Source: an uncultured Bacteriovoracaceae bacterium
GTDB taxonomy: Bacteria; Desulfobacterota; Desulfomonilia; UBA1062
DNA length: 50,608 bases
Assembly: GCA_964422755.1 (NCBI GenBank)
Contig: CAYRCP010000002.1
Span: 1 to 50,608 of the forward strand
Direction of reading: 5' to 3'
Part shown: positions 1 to 8,374 of the stretch, piece after piece
Position numbering within the stretch: the first letter of the stretch is position 1
Layout: each line of letters begins with the position of its first letter
Position numbers and translations under genes: made by a program
The notes under the pieces: generated by a model
The model's database searches: none
What the model was told of the DNA's origin: nothing
The model's input: the letters and a program-made list of their open reading frames with translations, nothing else

Positions 1-10
1 GAAAGAGATT

Positions 11-248
11 GGAGTGATGGAGTACTGGAGTAATGGAAAAAGACAGAAGCCAGAAGACAGACTGTCGGTGCCCTGAAGGAAATGCCCTTTGGGGTGCTTG
101 TGTCTCAGGCTGTAGCCTGCAGGCTGTTAGACTGTTAGGCACTGTAGTCCCTTCATTCTATCTCCTGTCTTTAATTTTTTGCTAACAGCCTATGATCCTG
201 TCTCCTGAACTGGGTTTCTCCAATACTCCATCACTCCACTACTCCATT
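11..248. repeat. Family-1 intergenic palindromic repeat, copy A (core about 68-190 nested inside an outer inverted repeat)
   Basis: The core is GTGCCCTGAAGGAAATGCCCTTTGGGGTGCTTGT followed by GGCTGTAG / GGCTGTTAG / ACTGTTAGG words, a roughly 45-nt centre and then GCTAACAGCC. It aligns with 5768-5935 and, reverse-complemented, with 19915-20057. The outer arms GGAGTGATGGAGTACTGGAG (11-30) and CTCCAATACTCCATCACTCC (218-237) are 19/20 complementary. Confidence 0.75.
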
Positions 249-297
249 TCAATATGTTCTTATTGAATGCCGCACGGTAATTGTGTAGGGAGATCAT

Positions 298-1401
298 ATG
301 ATCTCCACAAGACCTACCATCGGGATCGCTCTTGACAGCGGCGGGGCAATGGGAGGTGCCCATATCGGTGTTCTGGACGTATTGAGAGAGCACGACATCC
401 CCCTTGACTTCATTGTCGGATCAAGTGCCGGAGCAGCTGTTGGTGCGTTCTATGCAACCGGGTCCCTTAATGCCTTCAGAGATATGATCTCAGATCTTTC
501 TTTCACCGAGGCCCTGAGTTTTTATGCTGATCCCGTATTTCCCATATCAGGTCTGCTCGCAGGCAAGAAGGCGAGAAAGTTTCTCAGACACCTTGTGGGC
601 GATGTACTCATTGAAGACCTGCCGATACATTATGTGGCGGTTGCTACGGATCTCCTTACCGGCGAGACCGTCCCCATAGATAAAGGCCCACTGGTGGATG
701 CTGTCCTGGCCAGCATGTCCATGCCCGGCATTTTCAAACCAGTTGTCCACATGAACAGGCTTCTGACCGATGGTGGCGTCTCAAACCCGCTCCCGCTCGA
801 TATACTCAAATCCTTTTCGCCGGATATAACCATAGCCTGCAATCTCCATTCAAAAATGCCCGACATATTAAATTCAAACCGGAAAGAGGCCATCGTAAAG
901 GCACAGCAAAGATCATCGAGGCATGATATTGATCTTCCCTCCTGGATAACAGACCGCCTGGTAAAAACCCTCGGTGCGCAAAAGGTCTTTGACGGAGTCC
1001 TGTCCTTCAGGAAGATCTTACAAAAAATCAATGAAGGCCAGGCGGAGATCATACGGGAAAGCGATCTTATCAGTGCATTTGCCGAACATCTTTATCACAG
1101 CAAGGACAAGATCAGCTCTATTATTGCAAACAGCTTTTCACGCAAAGACAAGGCCGCTACCCTCAACATCTTTGAAATCATATTGAGCGCAACCAATATT
1201 CAGCAGCACCAGAAAAACAAACTCATGCTGCTTTATGAACGCCCCGACATCCTGATCGAGCCTGATGTCACCGAGGTGCGCTCCCTCGAATTCACCAAAG
1301 GCGAGAGCACCATTGAAGAAGGAAGGCGCAAGGCTCTCGATGCCGTCGGGCAGATTCTCAAAATTATGGAAGAAAGAAAGCGGGTTATTGAACCTGGTTG
1401 A
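298..1401 (+). CDS. Patatin-like phospholipase (RssA-like) with a roughly 110-aa helical insertion
   Basis: Oxyanion loop DSGGAMGGAHIGVL, nucleophile elbow GSSAG (GxSxG) and catalytic Asp in TDGGVSNPLP. GGGAG lies 5 nt upstream of the ATG at 298. Confidence 0.85.
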   Translation: MISTRPTIGIALDSGGAMGGAHIGVLDVLREHDIPLDFIVGSSAGAAVGAFYATGSLNAFRDMISDLSFTEALSFYADPVFPISGLLAGKKARKFLRHLVGDVLIEDLPIHYVAVATDLLTGETVPIDKGPLVDAVLASMSMPGIFKPVVHMNRLLTDGGVSNPLPLDILKSFSPDITIACNLHSKMPDILNSNRKEAIVKAQQRSSRHDIDLPSWITDRLVKTLGAQKVFDGVLSFRKILQKINEGQAEIIRESDLISAFAEHLYHSKDKISSIIANSFSRKDKAATLNIFEIILSATNIQQHQKNKLMLLYERPDILIEPDVTEVRSLEFTKGESTIEEGRRKALDAVGQILKIMEERKRVIEPG

Positions 1402-1573
1402 TTTGCCCTGTTCACCGGTGATGAGTCTTTGGGTACGGCAATGACAACATCCATATTATGAGCAATTCTGCGGGTATGATGGATTATTTCAGACAATTCA
1501 CAGGTTCGTAATGACGTCAAGCACGGCATCATAAGAGAATGCGGCAAGAAATCCGCGCCGGGTGATGAGCAGG

Positions 1574-2314
1574 TTACTTTACGATTCTAAGATTCGCCTG
1601 CTTGAGCCTTTCAGCCAGGGTGGTGATGATCCTGTTGCCGATTCCGGGGTTCTCCACCAGCAGCCTCTCAAGGCCGCCCTCCTGTACCGGGAAGACCTCT
1701 ACCACGCTTTTGCCCACAGAACGAATCGTGGCGCCTCTCGGTTCATTCAGGATAAAACTCATCTCGCCGAAGTATTCGCCGGGATTTGTGATCAGACCGA
1801 TACGAACGCCTTTTTTCAAAACCTCGAGGCCGCCTTCTGTCTGGAACAATTTGTATATTTCCGTGCCGTATGTCCCATCCTCGATAATTATCTGGCCATC
1901 TTCATATTCCCGAAGATCAAGGTTGATGGTTTCACTGTACGGGATGTTCGACTCAGCCACCGAGGTTGTCTGTTCGAGCTGAAGGTATGCAGACTGCAGA
2001 AGCATGTTGACGAGCGCCGGTTTTGAAAACACGATATCCTCGATGCATGCCGACTCATAGGTTGCCACTCGAGATGTTTTTGTAGCCTTTGCCGTCGTGC
2101 TGTAGGGGATGCCGCGATAGTAGTTCTCGAGACCGAATACATCATGATCAGAAAGGATACGTATCGGCTTATCCATCTGATATATCTGGATTTCTCCCTG
2201 CAGAATAGCATAGAAATATTCATGAGAGTCACCCTCACGGACAACGATCTCACCAGGTCTGAATTCTCTCACGTCCACTGCTTCGATGGGTCTAGGTTCC
2301 AGCATATCTCCCAT
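1574..2314 (-). CDS. Tandem cyclic-nucleotide-binding (CNB/CAP-effector) domain protein with no output domain
   Basis: The second domain has the canonical FGEMSFILNEPRGATIRS phosphate-binding cassette. The first domain (FGLENYYRGIPYSTTAKA) looks degenerate. Confidence 0.8.
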   Translation of the reverse strand: MGDMLEPRPIEAVDVREFRPGEIVVREGDSHEYFYAILQGEIQIYQMDKPIRILSDHDVFGLENYYRGIPYSTTAKATKTSRVATYESACIEDIVFSKPALVNMLLQSAYLQLEQTTSVAESNIPYSETINLDLREYEDGQIIIEDGTYGTEIYKLFQTEGGLEVLKKGVRIGLITNPGEYFGEMSFILNEPRGATIRSVGKSVVEVFPVQEGGLERLLVENPGIGNRIITTLAERLKQANLRIVK

Positions 2315-2343
2315 TTCGGCATCCCGCAGGTGAAACTTAACAC

Positions 2344-3360
2344 CTATTGGTGCATCAATGGCCAGAACTGAGAATGTTTCTTTATCATTGCATCCAGTTC
2401 CGGTCCTGATATCGCATCAATCTCAGATGAAGGAGCCCCTTTCATAACATCGACAACGCATGCTATGGATTCTTTTAATGCGCCCAGATTATAACCTCCT
2501 TCAAGCGCATATACAACAGGTGCAGATACCTTTGCAGCTGCATCCTGTATTATCCCTGCGATCGCCCCAAACCCCCGGGAGCTTAACTGCATCCCTCCAA
2601 TGGGGTCTTTTCCATGGGCATCGAAGCCTGCCGAAACGAGTACCAGATCAGGCTCAAACGCCTCGATAATCGGTGAAAGGATATATTGGTACACCGCGAT
2701 ATAGTGCCCATCCTTCTGCCCTCCTTTCAGCGGGCAGTTAACGGTATACCCGATCCCCTGGGACTCACCCGATTCGGTCATGCTTCCTGTGCCGGGATAA
2801 AAAGGATATTGATGCGTAGAGAAGTAGAGCACATCCCTCTCGCCATAGAAACTTTCCTGTGTGCCGTTGCCGTGATGAACGTCAAAATCGACGATCATGA
2901 CCTGCTTGATACCGTACGAGAGCATCGCTTTTCTTGCTGCAACAGCAACATTGTTGAACAGGCAGAAACCCATTGCAGAGCCTCTGCGGGCATGGTGCCC
3001 CGGAGGCCTTACAACTGCAAGCCCTGCGTGGACCTCTTTATTCAGGGCCATTTCCGTCAGCCTGAGCACAGAACCTGCAGCCAGCAGGGCAATATCATAC
3101 GAATCTTCCGAGCAGACAGTATCCATGTCAAGATTCACGAGTTTTCCCGATGAGCAGTTTTCTACAATGGACTCGACATATCCTCTATCGTGATTGAGAA
3201 GAATATCCTCTTTCGTCGCCTTGACCGGGTCTACCAGAACAATCCCCGGGGTATCGGCGTAGAAAAGGGTATGACTATATTGTATTCGGAGCGGGCTTTC
3301 CGGATGGTAGCCGCCCGTATCATGATCCATGAAGATGGGATCGGAAACAACTCCTATCAT
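2344..3360 (-). CDS. Histone deacetylase-family (HDAC / AcuC / acetylpolyamine amidohydrolase-like) Zn hydrolase
   Basis: Motifs RPPGHHA, DFDVHHGNGTQ, SAGFDAH and LEGGYN. Confidence 0.88.
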   Translation of the reverse strand: MIGVVSDPIFMDHDTGGYHPESPLRIQYSHTLFYADTPGIVLVDPVKATKEDILLNHDRGYVESIVENCSSGKLVNLDMDTVCSEDSYDIALLAAGSVLRLTEMALNKEVHAGLAVVRPPGHHARRGSAMGFCLFNNVAVAARKAMLSYGIKQVMIVDFDVHHGNGTQESFYGERDVLYFSTHQYPFYPGTGSMTESGESQGIGYTVNCPLKGGQKDGHYIAVYQYILSPIIEAFEPDLVLVSAGFDAHGKDPIGGMQLSSRGFGAIAGIIQDAAAKVSAPVVYALEGGYNLGALKESIACVVDVMKGAPSSEIDAISGPELDAMIKKHSQFWPLMHQ

Positions 3361-3378
3361 ATAAGCAATCTAAAACAA

Positions 3379-3897
3379 TTACACCACAATATCAAGAGAA
3401 GGAGGAATATATTCCTTTGCAGCAGGGTAGGTTGTCTCAGGTTTGGTCTTACCGGAAGATCCGCTGATTCGCCCATAGACAAGTTCATGGATGACCGAAG
3501 CACTGGAAACCAATGGATCGATGCCGAGGGTCGTGACCTCAGCAGGTTTTATGTATGAAACCGTTATCGCCCTGGGGGCAGAAGAATCTATCCCCCGGGA
3601 TTGATCAACCTGTGCTGCGGTCTCGGATTGGACCTGTTTTTGTGATTCGTCCTGAACTCTTACGTACCTGAAGCGGAAAAAAGGCAAATCAAGGGCTATC
3701 CCTTTCATATTGGGCAGATGAGAATTGATCTTCCCGTAAGCCATAAACGCTTCAGCTACGCCATATCCTTTTTTTTGGCAAGGATAAAATACACAGCGTA
3801 ACACCTGTTCACCGGTGAAGTTGATTGAACAGCCCTCCTGTGTGCCATACATAAACCCGGGAGCAACGCACATTCTTGTACTTTTTATGTGTTTCAA
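3379..3897 (-). CDS. Hypothetical protein (Cys-containing N-terminal half); start uncertain
   Basis: The open frame ends 18 nt upstream of the HDAC gene on the same strand. The outermost start is TTG with no clear SD. I recognise no family. Confidence 0.35.
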   Translation of the reverse strand: MKHIKSTRMCVAPGFMYGTQEGCSINFTGEQVLRCVFYPCQKKGYGVAEAFMAYGKINSHLPNMKGIALDLPFFRFRYVRVQDESQKQVQSETAAQVDQSRGIDSSAPRAITVSYIKPAEVTTLGIDPLVSSASVIHELVYGRISGSSGKTKPETTYPAAKEYIPPSLDIVV

Positions 3898-3988
3898 CTA
3901 TTCAAATCAGTCTTTTGCCTTGATATACCGAGTGGATAGCGATAAATTATGCGAGTACTATACTATTGGGTAAGGAGGATATCTAATC

Positions 3989-4714
3989 ATGAGGAGAATT
4001 ATCTTAGGGGGAATCTGTTTTCTTTTTGTCTTGTTGATGCCGATGAATCTCTTGGCAATAGATCTTGCAGCTGCCGATGTACTCTATGACCAGGGCGGGC
4101 CTGATAATTTTCTAAAATCCGCGCAGCTCTACATACAGGCCGTTGAGGCGGACCCCACCAGTTATGAGGCGGCATGGAAAGCGGCACGCTCCTGCAGGGA
4201 GTACGCCAATGAATCCAAGAAGCTCGGGGCTAATGGCTGGGAGGATCTCTGCAAGGAATACGGAAAGCTTGGGATGAAATATGGCGAAATGGCCATCGCA
4301 CTCGACGCAAACAGGATAGACGGATACTTCTGGTATGGATGCTCTGTAGGCAACTATTCGGATGGAGTAAGCATCCTTACTGCGCTGAAAGAAGGGCTGA
4401 AAGACAAGACGCAGAGCAGTTTCGAAAAATCATACGAGCTGGACAAGCTGTATGAAGATGGCGGCCCGATCAAGGCCCTGGGCCGTTTCTGGTTTGTGCT
4501 GCCGTGGCCTCTCCAGAAAAAAGACAAGGCTCTTACATACCTCAAAGAATTCAACCAGCTCTACCCGGATGATACCGAAGGCCAAATATATCTCTCGGAA
4601 GTCCTGATAAAGAAAAAGGCAAAAGACGAAGCAAAGGGCCTGCTGGAAAAGGCAGCTGCGGATGACGACAAATACTATGCCGAATGGGCGGCAAGGCTCC
4701 TCACAGAGCTCTAG
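3989..4714 (+). CDS. Secreted all-helical TPR-like repeat protein
   Basis: Strong SD TAAGGAGG upstream of the ATG. N-terminal signal-like segment ILGGICFLFVLLMPMNLLA. Repeated helical A/Y/W-rich units. Confidence 0.65.
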   Translation: MRRIILGGICFLFVLLMPMNLLAIDLAAADVLYDQGGPDNFLKSAQLYIQAVEADPTSYEAAWKAARSCREYANESKKLGANGWEDLCKEYGKLGMKYGEMAIALDANRIDGYFWYGCSVGNYSDGVSILTALKEGLKDKTQSSFEKSYELDKLYEDGGPIKALGRFWFVLPWPLQKKDKALTYLKEFNQLYPDDTEGQIYLSEVLIKKKAKDEAKGLLEKAAADDDKYYAEWAARLLTEL

Positions 4715-4738
4715 GTTCTTTGTTTGATTAACAAGAAA

Positions 4739-4766
4739 AGCGCCCCTGCTCAGGGGTGCTTTTCTT
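4739..4766. terminator. Bidirectional rho-independent terminator between convergent genes
   Basis: AGCGCCCC-TGCTCA-GGGGTGCT forms an 8-bp stem with one G-T pair. It is flanked by AAAAG on the left and TTTCTT on the right, so a U-tract is present on both strands. Confidence 0.75.
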
Positions 4767-4897
4767 ATTCGAGGTCAACCAGCTAACCGGTATGTTAAAA
4801 ATGAAGTAACTGTTCAGGTTATAAGCGTGTAGGTGTCCGGAGCAGTTACAAAATAAATCAGATCTCTTAAAGGACTGAACGGATCGTGCCAAGACGC

Positions 4898-5737
4898 TTA
4901 ATCCCCTATCCCTGATCTGCTCAGAGAAAGAAGCGACGCCTGATCAAGTTTTCTCAACGCATGAAGAAGCAGTTTGATATCGCGGTGTTCTTTTTCCGTA
5001 AACTCGACAGCCATGCCCTGGTGTGGAACAACCCTCACCACCTTTCCCTGCACATCAATCACCTTGCCGATATCCTTTGCATCAAGACTGATGTGGATAT
5101 ACGCTGAAGGGTCAAGGGGATAGCCGGTCTCAATAAACACACCGCCGAGACTGAGATCTCGGACCGTGCCTTTTAATACCGTACCTCTGGTATTCTGATA
5201 CCGTGCTTCGATTCTCAGCAATTTTCTGGAGTGTTTTCTCATTTGTTTCCTGCCCACAATATCACCTTGATTAATAGTATTATTCGACAAATTCTGTGTA
5301 TTCTTTAATATATTGTCCTTTCTACCCGCTTGCCTGTGAACAGAAGAGAATATGGTGCGTCTGATCATCCTGATGAGTTCCTGCAATTTCTCATCGCCCT
5401 TAGACGTAAATTCAACAGCCATGCCTTTGCCGGCATCAACCCGGACAACACGCCCATGCACATCAAATATCTTGCCTATGTCAACAGCATCCAGGCTCAG
5501 CTTTAACGGGGAACCTGCATTGAGCAAATTTTCCGTCTCGATGTATAAGCCGCCCAGACTGATATCGAGAATCTGTCCGCACAAGACATTACCCGCAATA
5601 TCCTGATAACGAGCCGCGATTTTCAATTTCTCACGTGTCTGTTCCCTTTTATCATCCATCATTTCACCTGACATAGGCAATATAATCATTTTTCGACATT
5701 TCAGGACATTTCCTTTACTGTAATATTTGTCCTGCAC
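4898..5737 (-). CDS. Stand-alone tandem PilZ-domain protein (predicted c-di-GMP receptor)
   Basis: There are two complete PilZ signatures: REQTR...DISLGG and RKQMR/RKHSR...DLSLGG. The true start is probably internal, at MSGEMMDD (5674) or M26/M27 (5662/5659, preceded by AGGTGA). Confidence 0.85.
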   Translation of the reverse strand: MQDKYYSKGNVLKCRKMIILPMSGEMMDDKREQTREKLKIAARYQDIAGNVLCGQILDISLGGLYIETENLLNAGSPLKLSLDAVDIGKIFDVHGRVVRVDAGKGMAVEFTSKGDEKLQELIRMIRRTIFSSVHRQAGRKDNILKNTQNLSNNTINQGDIVGRKQMRKHSRKLLRIEARYQNTRGTVLKGTVRDLSLGGVFIETGYPLDPSAYIHISLDAKDIGKVIDVQGKVVRVVPHQGMAVEFTEKEHRDIKLLLHALRKLDQASLLSLSRSGIGD

Positions 5738-5767
5738 CGCAAGGCTCGTCTGGGTTCGGCCGTAGAT

Positions 5768-5935
5768 GCCCTGAAAGAAATGCCCTTGGGGTGCTTGTTG
5801 TAGGCTGTAGGCTGTAGGCTGTTAGATCTTGGATCACTGCCAAATCCCTTCATTCCATCTCCTGTCTCATCATCTTTTACTAACAGTCTAACAGCCTTCA
5901 GCCTAACAGGCTAACACAGCAGCATAACAGCCTTT
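5768..5935. repeat. Family-1 intergenic palindromic repeat, copy B
   Basis: GCCCTGAAAGAAATGCCCTTGGGGTGCTTGT + (TAGGCTG)x3 + TTAGATC, a roughly 55-nt centre (CCAAATCCCTTCATTCCATCTCCTGTCTC...), then CTAACAGTCTAACAGCCTTCAGCCTAACAGGCTAACA. The left and right word arrays are largely reverse complements of each other. Confidence 0.8.
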
Positions 5936-6054
5936 CTGAGGATTCTATTATCATATGAATCCTAACAGAGGTCTGCTGCAGAAATGTTAATACATTGATT
6001 GGAAATCTATGGGGTTCATGATATGAAATAAAGCAAAAACATTAAGGACGGTTT

Positions 6055-7281
6055 ATGATCCGGATCAATGAAAACTACCTTAAACTCAGGACATCTTACC
6101 TGTTTTCCGAAATCGCAAACAGGGTAGCATCCTTTCAGAAAACACATCCCCAAAGAGATGTGATCAAGCTCGGCATTGGCGATGTCACCAGGGCTCTCCC
6201 CCAGGTGTGTATCGATGCATTTCACCAGGCAATCGATGAAATGGCACATGACAGCACATTCAAGGGCTACGGTCCTGAACAGGGATATTCTTTCTTACGC
6301 GAGGCTATCGCTGTTCATGATTTTCGCTCACGCAGTGCAGACATCTCTCCGAGCGAGATATTCATCAGCGACGGTGCAAAGTGTGATACGGCAAACATCC
6401 AGGAGTTATTTGCCCATGATCTTACCGTTGCTATTCCCGACCCGGTATATCCCGTGTATCTCGACACAAATATCATGGCAGGACGAACAGGCGACTTTGC
6501 AGATGGCCGCTATGGCAAAATCGTATACCTTCAGAGCACACAGGATAATGAATTCATACCTGATCTTCCCAAAGAAAAGGTGGATCTGATCTACTTATGT
6601 TTTCCCAACAATCCCACCGGGGCAACCATAACCAAAGATCTTTTAAAGAAGTGGGTAGACTATGCTCATGACAGCAAAGCGCTTATTCTCTTTGATGCCG
6701 CGTATGAAGCCTTTATCAGAGATGAAACACTGCCGCACTCCATTTACGAGATAGCAGGCGCCAGAGAAGTAGCTATCGAATTCAGGAGTTTTTCCAAAAC
6801 AGCAGGATTCACCGGGACACGCTGTGCCTACACGGTGGTTCCTGCAGACTGTATGGCCTATGACAACTCGGGGAGCAGGCACCCTATCCGCGACATGTGG
6901 AACAGGCGGCAAACCACAAAATTCAACGGGGTCTCCTACCCGGTTCAAAAAGCTGCTGAAGCGATTTATACACCGGAGGGCAAAAAACAGGTCAACTCCC
7001 TGATCGACTACTATCTCAAAAACGCCCGGCATATCCGGGAGAAAATCCATGCCCTTGGCTATGACTGTATCGGGGGAGAAAACTCCCCGTATATCTGGGT
7101 GAATGCTCAGGCGGATTCATGGGAATTCTTTGATCTGCTCCTCAACGAGGCAGGAGTAGTCTGCACTCCGGGCGCAGGCTTTGGCACCTGCGGTCAGGGG
7201 TATGTGAGAATCAGCGCATTTAATGACTTTGAACATGTGGAAGAAGCAATGTCGAGGATATCAAGGGCCTTGATAAAATAG
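6055..7281 (+). CDS. dapL: LL-diaminopimelate aminotransferase
   Basis: The N-terminus [23 protein letters not shown] is typical of DapL. PLP-Lys region [16 protein letters not shown]. The gene sits next to dapF. Confidence 0.9.
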   Translation: MIRINENYLKLRTSYLFSEIANRVASFQKTHPQRDVIKLGIGDVTRALPQVCIDAFHQAIDEMAHDSTFKGYGPEQGYSFLREAIAVHDFRSRSADISPSEIFISDGAKCDTANIQELFAHDLTVAIPDPVYPVYLDTNIMAGRTGDFADGRYGKIVYLQSTQDNEFIPDLPKEKVDLIYLCFPNNPTGATITKDLLKKWVDYAHDSKALILFDAAYEAFIRDETLPHSIYEIAGAREVAIEFRSFSKTAGFTGTRCAYTVVPADCMAYDNSGSRHPIRDMWNRRQTTKFNGVSYPVQKAAEAIYTPEGKKQVNSLIDYYLKNARHIREKIHALGYDCIGGENSPYIWVNAQADSWEFFDLLLNEAGVVCTPGAGFGTCGQGYVRISAFNDFEHVEEAMSRISRALIK

Positions 7282-7463
7282 CTTATCCAGGCGTATATGC
7301 TCTTTGTGCCTGCATAGATAATGTCTTGCCGGTACGTGAAAAAAAAGCAGCCGCCCATATCCTTGACTTAGGTATGAGAGTTTGTTAATGCAAGCTCACT
7401 CCTTGGTGATCATAAAGACGATGATCGCATTTTTCTCAGAGCAGGGATGAAAGTTAGAAAAAG

Positions 7464-8288
7464 ATGAGATTTACACATAACAAAACAACGATCCCCTTTA
7501 CCAAGATGTCAGGCACGGGTAACGACTTCATTGTCATCAATAACATGCAGGGACTCTTTACCCTTGACTGGTCTGCATTTGCCGCACGGTATTGCCCACG
7601 CAGAACAGCGGTAGGCGCTGACGGCGTCCTTATTCTCGAAACCTCCGATGAAGCGGATTTCAATTACCGGATCTTCAATGCAGACGGGAGTGAGGCTGAA
7701 ATGTGCGGCAATGGGGCACGATGCGCCGCATTGTTTGCCTTCCATGAAAAGATTGCAGGGGATCAGATGAAGTTTAAAACCCTGGCAGGCATTATAGAGG
7801 CACGGGTAAACACTGATGATGTATCCATCAGGATGACGGACCCCTTTGATCTGCAAAAAGACATTCCCCTTGAGATCCATGGTGATCCCTACCTCGTTCA
7901 CTTCATCAACTCCGGGGTTCCCCATACTATTGTCTTTACCGATTCGCTTGCTGCGATCCCTATTGACGAACTCGGCCGGGCCATACGCATGCACGAGCAT
8001 TTCTCGCCGGCAGGCACAAATGTAGATTTTGTCCAGGTTTCTCAAGAAGGCCATATCAACGTCCGCACCTATGAACGCGGGGTCGAGGCCGAGACCCTGG
8101 CCTGTGGTACAGGGGCTGTGGCTTCGGCGATTATCACCGCATATGTAAACAATGCCGCCCCGCCGGTGCACGTCACCATGCCTGGCGGAGAATTGAATAT
8201 AGATTTTACCCTGGAAAATAAAAACGTTGTCGATGTATGGCTCAGCGGTCCGGTTGTTACCGTGTATACCGCAAACCTCTTGAAGTAA
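7464..8288 (+). CDS. dapF: Diaminopimelate epimerase
   Basis: Motifs SGTGNDFIVI, the first catalytic Cys in MCGNGARC and the second in LACGTGAVA. Confidence 0.93.
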   Translation: MRFTHNKTTIPFTKMSGTGNDFIVINNMQGLFTLDWSAFAARYCPRRTAVGADGVLILETSDEADFNYRIFNADGSEAEMCGNGARCAALFAFHEKIAGDQMKFKTLAGIIEARVNTDDVSIRMTDPFDLQKDIPLEIHGDPYLVHFINSGVPHTIVFTDSLAAIPIDELGRAIRMHEHFSPAGTNVDFVQVSQEGHINVRTYERGVEAETLACGTGAVASAIITAYVNNAAPPVHVTMPGGELNIDFTLENKNVVDVWLSGPVVTVYTANLLK

Positions 8289-8374
8289 ATTATGCACAAC
8301 CATGCAGTAGACAATAACCACCCGCTATGCAAAAGTAGCGCTTATGAAAATCACTGAGATTAAGGAATACTATC

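Noticed and set aside
190-393. Short ORFs lying in repeats: 190-393, 12802-13095, 19549-19860, 33888-34265, 38538-38756 and 11457-11840.
   Set aside because: They are translated repeat or low-complexity DNA, with no SD and no motifs. They overlap elements present in both orientations.
298-2314. The patatin phospholipase next to a cyclic-nucleotide-binding protein, considered as a CBASS-like defence pair.
   Set aside because: The genes are convergent, not co-oriented. No CD-NTase/cyclase, SAVED or other defence hallmark is present. The patatin looks RssA-like and the CNB protein belongs to the HDAC operon.
5795-5935. Short tandem words (TAGGCTG / CTAACAG), considered as a possible CRISPR array.
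   Set aside because: The units are 7 nt with no spacers. The arrays are mutually complementary arms of a hairpin, and no cas genes are in the window.
7509-8321. A 270-aa ORF antisense to almost the entire dapF gene.
   Set aside because: The plus-strand frame carries unmistakable DapF motifs (GTGNDF, MCGNGARC, ACGTGA). The antisense product has no motifs and a skewed composition. It is most simply a stop-poor antisense frame.
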